Positions 28,045 through 35,618 of a stretch of 35,618 nt of DNA are shown one piece after another. This stretch comes from a bacterium (lineage in GTDB: Bacteria; Babelota; Babeliae; Babelales; JAUWHS01), in NCBI GenBank assembly GCA_043818275.1, contig JBDRFY010000013.1:1-35618 (forward strand). Reading direction: 5' to 3'. A program made the translations under genes and the position numbers. Every line of letters starts with the position of its first letter. Within the stretch, counting starts at the first letter, position 1. The notes beneath the pieces were generated by a model. It was not told the DNA's origin. It saw only the letters and a program-made list of their open reading frames with translations, and searched no databases.

Positions 28045-28084
28045 AAAAAATAGGGTGATGGTTACAATCATCACCCTATTTTTT
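28045..28084. terminator. Bidirectional intrinsic terminator
   Basis: AAAAAATAGGGTGATG-GTTACAAT-CATCACCCTATTTTTT between the tRNA cluster and a convergent gene. Confidence 0.85.
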
Positions 28085-28098
28085 ATAACGATTCTTTT

Positions 28099-29589
28099 TT
28101 AAAAACTAAAACCAACCTTTGCCCAAATCGACCAATATTCTAGTTCATTATTTTTTGGAGCAAATTCATACGAACCACCAAGACCAAGAAGAACTGGAAC
28201 TTTTTTTGCGTCTCTAAAAATATATCCGATTCCTGCATAAATTTTATGCGTCAAATATGAAGGCGTTGAAGCAGCATCTGTATCAAGTCTATCTTGATTT
28301 ATTTTTGCGTTATTAAAACCTTTAGCCTCATACCAATTATCTTTTTCATTCACATCTAAAGGTCCAACAGAAAAATCTTTAAAATCCGCAATGATTCCAT
28401 AAACATCATTCTGCCAATTTTTAACACTAATCGATTCTGCTGATTTCCAAAAAAGATTATACCCTAAATCACAAGTTAGATTTCCATTATTGTACGTAAA
28501 CATACCAATAGCATCTAATTGATTTTTGGGGTCAACTTTTACATCTTGGGTTAAAATATTTGCTGCTGGTGTTGCAAAAGAATCTCCATTTTTTCCGATA
28601 CAATAATATTGACCGTAATCAAAATCTTTTATACCCAAAGTTCTTTTTTCTGTTCCGTTAAAAAGATAGCGATAATTTGCAACTATACTTAATTTGATAT
28701 TTTGATCTTTATTATCATCCCATAATGTAAAACTGGAATCCAAACCCAAACCCAAAGCCCAATGATGACCATTTCCGCAAATCGGTTCAAATAAAAATTC
28801 ACCTTTAGGTTTATTTCCTGTTGGCAAAGTAAGACCAATATTCACTTTAAAATATTTATTAATTTCATCTAATAAACGATACCCTAAAATTAAATCAATA
28901 TCTGCAATTCTTGTTTTGCTATGATCTCCATAAATTTTTGCCTGAGTTAAAGCAGTTTGTGAATTTAAAGCTCCTGATTCCTTTTCATATATTCCTGAAA
29001 AATAACTTGTTATTACCCCAGCTTTATATTTTGAATTCGGATCTACATTTTCCTGAAACGTTTTTAAATTTATACTATTTTTAACATGAACAATTGGCAT
29101 ATTAACTTTAAAATAGAGTCCCTTAAAAATTTTTTCTAAATCATGATAAGAATTTAAAAACAAACCTAAATTTTCCCGCTCTGGATTCAATTCAATAGAA
29201 GCATAATAATCTGCAATCCCAGCATCTGAATCGTGAATTATATATAAAAGATTTAATTGATTCATATCAGGATCTTGTTCTTTAAATGTTATTAATTTAC
29301 TATTATGAATCCCAAAATATGCGCCCAAATCATTTTTATTTGTTGATTCTGAATAAAAAGGAACAAACTGAAAGCTTGCTAAAAATGGATTTTCTATCTT
29401 GTCTTTTATTGGTTCATACTTTTCATAATCATTTTTAAGCTGTAATAATTCATAAAACGTTGTACTTTCCAAAGCCAAATTTACGCCCGCAGATCTAGGC
29501 AAAAGATATGTCTTATTCGTATATGATTCCAAATTATTTGTTAAAAACAAGATCGCTAATGTTAAAATAATTAATTTTAATGATTTCAT
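28099..29589 (-). CDS. Exported protein, probable outer-membrane beta-barrel
   Basis: Signal peptide, alternating amphipathic strands, terminal WAKVGFSF (BAM-type C-terminal Phe). Confidence 0.7.
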   Translation of the reverse strand: MKSLKLIILTLAILFLTNNLESYTNKTYLLPRSAGVNLALESTTFYELLQLKNDYEKYEPIKDKIENPFLASFQFVPFYSESTNKNDLGAYFGIHNSKLITFKEQDPDMNQLNLLYIIHDSDAGIADYYASIELNPERENLGLFLNSYHDLEKIFKGLYFKVNMPIVHVKNSINLKTFQENVDPNSKYKAGVITSYFSGIYEKESGALNSQTALTQAKIYGDHSKTRIADIDLILGYRLLDEINKYFKVNIGLTLPTGNKPKGEFLFEPICGNGHHWALGLGLDSSFTLWDDNKDQNIKLSIVANYRYLFNGTEKRTLGIKDFDYGQYYCIGKNGDSFATPAANILTQDVKVDPKNQLDAIGMFTYNNGNLTCDLGYNLFWKSAESISVKNWQNDVYGIIADFKDFSVGPLDVNEKDNWYEAKGFNNAKINQDRLDTDAASTPSYLTHKIYAGIGYIFRDAKKVPVLLGLGGSYEFAPKNNELEYWSIWAKVGFSF

Positions 29590-31676
29590 TTTTGGAGCCT
29601 TTTTTCTTCAACAAATCTTATCACTGCTTCAATGTCATCTTTAGTATTAACCTTTTCAAGTAAATTTTCCCATATTTTTTTGTCGAGTCCAGAAGCATTC
29701 AAATAACTTTTTAATCTGGCTTTGGCTATTGTAAAATTTCCTCTACTAATTTGTACTTCTATATGTTTTTTTTGGGCATTTAAAGTTTCTTGTTGTGTTT
29801 CAGTTTTCTTTTCCGCGATATTTTCAATATCATTTTCCATCAAAACTATTTTTTCACCTGAAAGAGTTATCGTCCTTTTTTTCTCTTCTATTTGCAATTT
29901 ATTTTCGTCCGCTTTTTCCTCTTCTTCGCGCTTTAATTTTTCTTCTTCTTTTTTCCGTCTCTCTTCTTCTTCACGTTTCAGCCTCTCTTTTTCTTCACGT
30001 TTTTGCCTCTCTTCTTCCTCACGCTTTTTACGTTCTTCTTCTTCTTTTTGCTTTATTTCTGCTTCTGCTTCCTCACGTTTTTTACGTTCTTCTTCTTCTT
30101 CTTTTCTTAGTCTCTCTTCTTCTTCACGTTTCAGCCTCTCTTTTTCCTCTTTTCTTAACCTCTCTTCTTCTTCACGTTCCAATCTTTCTTCTTCCTCTTT
30201 TCTTTTTCTCTCTTCCTCTTCTTCAAGTTGTCTTTCTTCTTCTTCACGTTTTAATCTTTCTTTTTCCTCACGCTTTCTTTTCACTTCTTCTTTACGTTCT
30301 TCTATTTTTGCTTTTAATTTACCAATTACATCTCCTTTTATCTCACATCTTTTTTGCAATTTTATTAATCCATTTAAAACGCCTTCTTGTTCTTTTAAAT
30401 CTTTTTGATTCAAAAGAGCATCAAAAGGATTATCACTAAGATCTAAATGTTTAAGATGATCAAGACGGTCTGTTGATATTATATTTTTAGGAATATCTTT
30501 TAAACCAACATTCTTAAGATTCAATGTTTTAAGGAGATCACAAAAAAATACTAGACTGTTTACAACTTCTTCTATTTTTTGAATTTTATTATTAGATAGG
30601 TCTAAAAACGTAATATACGTACTATTAGCTCTGCTTCTGTCACTAATAGGATCATAAATTAAATTTGCAATAGCGAACTGATCAACCGAAACATCCGTTA
30701 AGTTAGCATTATTAAGGTTCAAATATTCAAGGGATGGACTGTTTTTAACAATATAATCAAGGGGACATTTTCCATAATCTCCTCTAACAGTTATGTTTTC
30801 TATTTTATTATAAGAAAGATCCAAATATTTAAGATCTTCAAAACGATAAAGGATACTATGCGGAATTTTTTTTAACCCGACATCTCTAAGCCAAAGCCCA
30901 ACAAACTTATTTTTAACTACTTTCTCTAATACATCGTATATATTTGAGATTTTGTTCTTGGAAAGACTCAAAAAATTAAGATTTTCTAGTCTAATATTCT
31001 CTGGCATTTTTGTTAATCCAATATTGTCGAGAAAAAGCTGCTCAAAATTTGGATTATTTTCTATAATTTTTTCTATTTTTTCATTTATATCTTTATATTT
31101 TTTTAGATTTTGGTTATCGATAAGACTCAATATTTTAAGTTTTCTAAGCTCAGTCAAACTCTCCGGAATAGTTGTTAATCCAACATTCTGGAGGCTAAGC
31201 CATTCTAAATTTTGATTATTTTTTACAATTTTTTCTATCGCTTCATCTTCTATATTTGGATTATCACTAAGATTTAAACCTTTAAGAATGTCTTTATCAA
31301 TTAACGCTAACTCATCAATATCTTCCAATTGATTATCAGAAAGATCTAGAATGTTTATACAACCCTTGTTAATTAAACCAACAAGCTCTTTAAATACCCA
31401 TTCTTTAAATTTTTTTCTAACTTTTGTTTTTAATAAACTACTCAAATCAATAGAGTTTTCGTTTTTTTCTTTATTTTTTTTTATTTGTTTTTCTAACCAT
31501 TCTTTTATTTTGGCCCTATTTCTCGTTTCCCATTCATATTTTTTTTGTTCTTGTTTTTCCTCTTCGGTTTTTTCCCTCCACAACCAACCCATACTATAAA
31601 CAGAGGTATTAAAAACACAAAACAAACACATTGATAAAATTAAAAATTTTAAGGACTTAAATTGAAACCAATTCAT
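29586..31676 (-). CDS. Secreted leucine-rich-repeat protein with a charged helical (E/R/K-rich) tail
   Basis: Start MNWFQ with AAGGAG RBS; signal peptide; many LxxLDLSxN repeats; EEEERKKR-type repeats. Confidence 0.85.
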   Translation of the reverse strand: MNWFQFKSLKFLILSMCLFCVFNTSVYSMGWLWREKTEEEKQEQKKYEWETRNRAKIKEWLEKQIKKNKEKNENSIDLSSLLKTKVRKKFKEWVFKELVGLINKGCINILDLSDNQLEDIDELALIDKDILKGLNLSDNPNIEDEAIEKIVKNNQNLEWLSLQNVGLTTIPESLTELRKLKILSLIDNQNLKKYKDINEKIEKIIENNPNFEQLFLDNIGLTKMPENIRLENLNFLSLSKNKISNIYDVLEKVVKNKFVGLWLRDVGLKKIPHSILYRFEDLKYLDLSYNKIENITVRGDYGKCPLDYIVKNSPSLEYLNLNNANLTDVSVDQFAIANLIYDPISDRSRANSTYITFLDLSNNKIQKIEEVVNSLVFFCDLLKTLNLKNVGLKDIPKNIISTDRLDHLKHLDLSDNPFDALLNQKDLKEQEGVLNGLIKLQKRCEIKGDVIGKLKAKIEERKEEVKRKREEKERLKREEEERQLEEEEERKRKEEEERLEREEEERLRKEEKERLKREEEERLRKEEEEERKKREEAEAEIKQKEEEERKKREEEERQKREEKERLKREEEERRKKEEEKLKREEEEKADENKLQIEEKKRTITLSGEKIVLMENDIENIAEKKTETQQETLNAQKKHIEVQISRGNFTIAKARLKSYLNASGLDKKIWENLLEKVNTKDDIEAVIRFVEEKRLQK

Positions 31677-31813
31677 ATTCTCTCTCCTTGTTAAAATCTC
31701 AAAAAACAAAATTACTTGTTTCTATTAAACTCATTTTGCTAATTTAAAATTTGTTAAAAAATTTATATCAAATTAATACACAAAAAATAAAGAATTCTAA
31801 AAAAGGAGCGAAA

Positions 31814-32377
31814 ATGAAAAATATCTTTGAAAAAATTTTATTAATTTTTGTAGCGCTTACTTGCATAAACATGGGAACAGGGGAACGGGTTAGCACCACA
31901 CTTGATCCGGTATACACAAAACTTGAAGATGGCGCGGGAAGTTTTAAAGGAACTATTTTTAATAAAGTTGATGGTAAATTAATTCAAACAAATGTGATTG
32001 ACATTTCTTTTTCCGGAAAAACATCAATCGGTGGAATTAAAAGTGAAAATGATGATTCATATACAACGCTGGATTTTGCAAAAATCACCAAATTGATAAT
32101 TGAAGATCCAGAATATGAAAGTAAAAGATACGGACGTAAAGATTTTATTCTTGCATCGCTTGTAGACAATGAAGGTAAAAAACACTCTGATTTTTTAATC
32201 CCCAAAAATGTAATCGTTTGCGGATTAACCGAAGAAGGCAGACTGGAAAAAGCCTGGTTTTTAAGATACATGCAAAAAATAGAAATCCTCAGAAAACCGG
32301 TTATGCAAAAAACAAAAGATGAAGTTGTTGAAGAAAAAAGTATCTTGACAAGAATTTCTGAATACGTAGGTGGATAA
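31814..32377 (+). CDS. Hypothetical exported protein
   Basis: ATG at 31814 with AAGGAG RBS; N-terminal hydrophobic segment. Confidence 0.7.
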   Translation: MKNIFEKILLIFVALTCINMGTGERVSTTLDPVYTKLEDGAGSFKGTIFNKVDGKLIQTNVIDISFSGKTSIGGIKSENDDSYTTLDFAKITKLIIEDPEYESKRYGRKDFILASLVDNEGKKHSDFLIPKNVIVCGLTEEGRLEKAWFLRYMQKIEILRKPVMQKTKDEVVEEKSILTRISEYVGG

Positions 32378-32398
32378 AATTAAATTAATTATTTCTCA

Positions 32399-33244
32399 TT
32401 AAAAAACTGCGTCCTGATATTGGAAAATATATTTGCAATTTGAGCAATTTTTAGCATCTTGTGGAATTTTATCAGATTGCAGGCATTGATAAATTTCCAT
32501 TATTTTATCTTCTATCCAAGAATCACCCCCTTCGTATGAAAGCAATGAAATATCAAATTCCAATATTCCGTCAAAACGATCTCTGTCTTTTTTTCCATTG
32601 CAATAAACAAAATATGCAATATCAGAAACATTAAATCCATTTTGTCTAAACAACCATTGATAAATTTCAACTTGCCTTTTGTAACTGATTTGCCAATCCG
32701 CATCAAGAGAAACTTTTCCTTTTTTTGACGTTGCTTTGTAATCTGCGATGATTAATTGACCTTCAGAAGTAATCCATACATCATCAATTCCACCACAAAT
32801 TTTCAAGTTTGTATCAGGAACTTCATACTCAATTCCGTGGTGCAAGGCATCTCTCCATGTATTTAAATTTTTATGTTTAAATGGAATTACATCATTTAAT
32901 CCATTTTCGATAAAAAGTGGATGTGGCTCACCCTTTTCTCGATAAATATCAAATTCTTTTTTCAATAATTCATCAACAGCATTATTTAAATTAAAAGGAA
33001 AACCTGGAGGGCATTTAATTCCCAATTTCAAGTCAAGATAAAAACATCTTGGACATCTTAAATATTGTTCTATTCGACTTCGGCTAAGACGAAAAGGAAT
33101 TTCTGAGTTTGGATCATAAATATTTTTTCTAGATTTTTTTGTTGCTGTTGGACCAGATGCAAGGTTAGCCTTTCTTTTTCCGCAATACAAGTCATTGGAG
33201 TAAAAACAAGAAGTAAATAAAATTAGATAAAGAATTTTTTTCAT
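32399..33244 (-). CDS. PD-(D/E)XK nuclease (Cas4/RecB-like) with N-terminal signal peptide
   Basis: LSRSRIE..CPRCFY, GGIDDVW...IIADYKAT, QVEIYQW, C-terminal CSNC. Confidence 0.85.
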   Translation of the reverse strand: MKKILYLILFTSCFYSNDLYCGKRKANLASGPTATKKSRKNIYDPNSEIPFRLSRSRIEQYLRCPRCFYLDLKLGIKCPPGFPFNLNNAVDELLKKEFDIYREKGEPHPLFIENGLNDVIPFKHKNLNTWRDALHHGIEYEVPDTNLKICGGIDDVWITSEGQLIIADYKATSKKGKVSLDADWQISYKRQVEIYQWLFRQNGFNVSDIAYFVYCNGKKDRDRFDGILEFDISLLSYEGGDSWIEDKIMEIYQCLQSDKIPQDAKNCSNCKYIFQYQDAVF

Positions 33245-33329
33245 AAAACTACCCTAAAAAATAAAAATCAAAAAGCTACCAATTAAAGCAAAAAAAATTG
33301 TAACATAAAAAAATAAAAAAGGAGAAAAA

Positions 33330-34238
33330 ATGTCGGTCATTAAATTAAATAATCACAAAATAGAATTGAGAAACGAAGAAAAAATTTTCTTCCCAAAAAA
33401 TAAAATAACAAAAGGGGATCTGATAAAATACTACAAAGAAATTTCGCCGGTCATGCTGCCTTACCTCAAAGACCGGGCTATTTCTATGCAACGATTTCCC
33501 AGTGGAATTAAGGGCATATCTTTTTATGAAAAGGATGCGCCAGGTTATTTTCCAAAATGGATTAAAACTGTAAATGTTAAACGAAAAACTAATGGAAGTT
33601 ATAATTGTGTTGTTTGTCAAAACGCAGCTACTCTTGTTTACATTGCAAATCAGGGATGCATTACTCCCCATATCTGGTTAAGCACAATAAAAAAATTAAA
33701 CTATCCAGATAAAATTATTTTTGATCTTGATTTAGAAAAGGCGACTCCAACAAATTTTAAACTCGCCTGTCAAACTGCAAAAGCTTTAAAAGAAATTATA
33801 GAATCTATTGGATTATCTGCTTATGTTATGACAACTGGCTCAAAGGGATTGCATGTTTGTATTCCAATTAAAATAGAATATACATTTGATAAAATTCGCG
33901 CATTTGCAAAACAAATCGCTTTAAAAGCAATAGAAAAAAATCCGGATAAACTAACACTTGAATCAAGAAAAGAAAAACGCAAAAACAAATTATTAATTGA
34001 TATTATGCGAAATGGTTTTGGCGCGACTTCGGTTACTCCATATGCGATTCGGCCAATTGAAGGCGCGCCTGTAGCAACACCACTTGAATGGAAAGAGCTT
34101 GATAAGAAAAATTTATCTTCTCAAACATACACAATTAAAAATATTTTTAATCGATTAAGCAAAACTGGCGATGCATGGAAATTGTTGCCAAAAAATAGGA
34201 AATCTTTAAATTTAGCTTTAAAAAAAATACAAGGATAA
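33330..34238 (+). CDS. Stand-alone LigD-type primase-polymerase domain
   Basis: TKGDLIKYY, RFPSGI, PDKIIFDLD, TTGSKGLHV, IDIMRN, PYAIR, PVATPLEWKEL. Confidence 0.9.
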   Translation: MSVIKLNNHKIELRNEEKIFFPKNKITKGDLIKYYKEISPVMLPYLKDRAISMQRFPSGIKGISFYEKDAPGYFPKWIKTVNVKRKTNGSYNCVVCQNAATLVYIANQGCITPHIWLSTIKKLNYPDKIIFDLDLEKATPTNFKLACQTAKALKEIIESIGLSAYVMTTGSKGLHVCIPIKIEYTFDKIRAFAKQIALKAIEKNPDKLTLESRKEKRKNKLLIDIMRNGFGATSVTPYAIRPIEGAPVATPLEWKELDKKNLSSQTYTIKNIFNRLSKTGDAWKLLPKNRKSLNLALKKIQG

Positions 34239-34239
34239 A

Positions 34240-35217
34240 ATGCTTGTCATTAGAAAAAATATTTTTATTTTATTTTTAATCTTTAATTTTTCATTTCTTT
34301 CTATTTTTTCCCAACACAATCAAACATCAATCCACAAACAAATTGAAAACATTAGTAAATCCATAGAGGGTGAGATTGGAGTCGCAGCATTGCACATTGA
34401 GAAAAATAAATTAATTGAGTTTAACGGAAATATAACATTTCCAATGTCAAGCACATATAAATTACCGATAGCCACTTATTGTCTCCATTTAATTGATAAT
34501 GGAAAACTGAATTTAGAAACAACAAAAGTTGTATCAATAAATGATATGCGCCGTTTTTGTTTTATAAAGCCCAAACAAGAACTTACCATTCGCCAACAAA
34601 TTCAACTAATGTTAGAAAAAAGTGATAATGCAACTTCAGACATTATTTTTAAAATGGTAGGAAGCGGTAAACCCATAACTCAATGGTTAAGAAAAAACAA
34701 CATTAAACAAATGCGAATTGATAGGTCAACATTAAAAATGATTGCCGATTATTCTGGTGTAACAAATCTCGGAAACGAAGAAGAATGTACTGTAGAAAAA
34801 GATTGGAAATTGTTAAAAAATGTAACCCCAAAAAATAAAAAACTTGCTTTACAACATTTTTATTGTGATCAACAAGATACTACAACACCAATAGAAATGA
34901 CTAATTTACTAAGAAAGCTTCATAAGGGTGAACTTATAAGGCCTGCCTCAAAAGATTTTTTATTAAAAAGCATGTTAAGATGCAAATGGAAAAAACAACG
35001 TATCACAAAATTATTACCACCCAAAACTATTCTTTGGCATAAAACTGGAAGTATGGATAAAATAATTTCAGATGTTGGTATTTTAAAATTACCAAATAAT
35101 AATGAACATCTTGCTTATGCTATTTATACAAATAAAAGTTCAATGTCTGTAATTAAACAAGATACTGCAATATCAAATATTTCAAAATTATTATTTGATT
35201 ATTTTTCTAAGAAATAA
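34240..35217 (+). CDS. Class A beta-lactamase-like serine hydrolase
   Basis: Signal peptide, FPMSSTYK (SxxK), SDN, DTTTP, HKTGS; atypical omega loop. Confidence 0.85.
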   Translation: MLVIRKNIFILFLIFNFSFLSIFSQHNQTSIHKQIENISKSIEGEIGVAALHIEKNKLIEFNGNITFPMSSTYKLPIATYCLHLIDNGKLNLETTKVVSINDMRRFCFIKPKQELTIRQQIQLMLEKSDNATSDIIFKMVGSGKPITQWLRKNNIKQMRIDRSTLKMIADYSGVTNLGNEEECTVEKDWKLLKNVTPKNKKLALQHFYCDQQDTTTPIEMTNLLRKLHKGELIRPASKDFLLKSMLRCKWKKQRITKLLPPKTILWHKTGSMDKIISDVGILKLPNNNEHLAYAIYTNKSSMSVIKQDTAISNISKLLFDYFSKK

Positions 35218-35298
35218 ATTATTTCTTCTCTTGAAAAAACAGACTATTAATTGATATATAACTGATGTTACGCATATTTTGTTTTAAAGTTTTATATT

Positions 35299-35484
35299 TA
35301 CACCACTCGTCCTGCCTGCCTGCCGAAGCCTTGGCGAAGGTTGGAGCGTAGTCGAAGGATTACGAGCGGCAAACTAAATGAAATAAAATTATTGTTTATG
35401 TATAGAATGTATGCAATGAAAATTTACAATTCAATAAATATTTATTCACGAATTTGTCGCTCGTAATCCTTCGACTGCGCTCAG
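35299..35484. mobile_element. Second REPIN/MITE-like copy; left repeat has a mini-hairpin insert (35315-35344), right repeat is cut by IS110
   Basis: Aligns to the reverse complement of 1671-1838, including the core (ATGAAATAAAA..TTATTGTTTATGTA...TTACAATTCAATAAATA). Confidence 0.8.
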
Positions 35485-35618
35485 CGATTGTGTTAAATTG
35501 CAACAAAATTTTATGCAATTCTAGGATTCCAGGTTGTTTTATTTTTTAACATTGCATTTAATGTGACAATTATTTTTCTCATAACCGCGACAAGTGCAAC
35601 CTTAGGACATTTCCCACG
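35483..35618 (-). mobile_element. Right end of an IS110-family element (runs off the window)
   Basis: Transposase C-terminus, then a 26-nt end AATTTTGTTGCAATTTAACACAATCG and a CT core joined to GAGCGCAGTCGAAGG. Confidence 0.75.
35511..35618 (-). CDS. IS110-family transposase/recombinase, C-terminal 35 aa (partial)
   Basis: RGKCPKVALVAVMRKIIVTLNAMLKNKTTWNPRIA* matches the GKxxKVALVAxMRKxxxxLNAMxK...W tail typical of IS110 proteins. Absent from the ORF track. Confidence 0.8.
   Translation of the reverse strand, partial: RGKCPKVALVAVMRKIIVTLNAMLKNKTTWNPRIA

Noticed and set aside
29722..30439. Long plus-strand ORFs (228 and 214 aa)
   Set aside because: They are antisense read-through of the GAA/AAA-rich low-complexity repeat of the LRR gene.
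32399..34238. Cas4 plus primase-polymerase as a CRISPR adaptation (CAPP-like) module
   Set aside because: There is no cas1, cas2 or array, the polymerase is LigD-type, and the nuclease appears to be exported.

Overview
AT-rich bacterial chromosome segment. The secreted ankyrin, LRR and beta-barrel proteins suggest a protist-associated intracellular lineage such as Candidatus Dependentiae/Babelota, but this is inference only. Housekeeping content: dksA, tadA, gyrB with a 158-aa mini-intein, sufCBD, batA-E, topA split by one extra T, an OPT transporter, a HIT protein, a PilC/GspF protein, DUF167, a stand-alone LigD polymerase domain, a class A beta-lactamase-like protein and five tRNAs (Thr-CGT, Leu-CAA, Arg-ACG, Ser-GCT, Ser-TGA). 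The main unexplained signal is non-coding. About 15 copies of a 29-60 nt mini-hairpin (arm-CTWCG-loop-CTWCG-arm'-CANG) sit exactly at tRNA ends or are inserted without target duplication at GYT^C sites inside larger REP-like repeats. Three of them interrupt a polarised array of tRNA-Arg 5' fragments directly upstream of the intact tRNA-Arg. The window ends in the 3' end of an IS110 element inserted at a CT core inside one of these REP-like repeats. Upstream of sufC lies a tandem of G-U-rich rod-like hairpins carrying small hydrophobic ORFs. A Cas4-like nuclease carries a signal peptide and a bipartite NLS-like motif.
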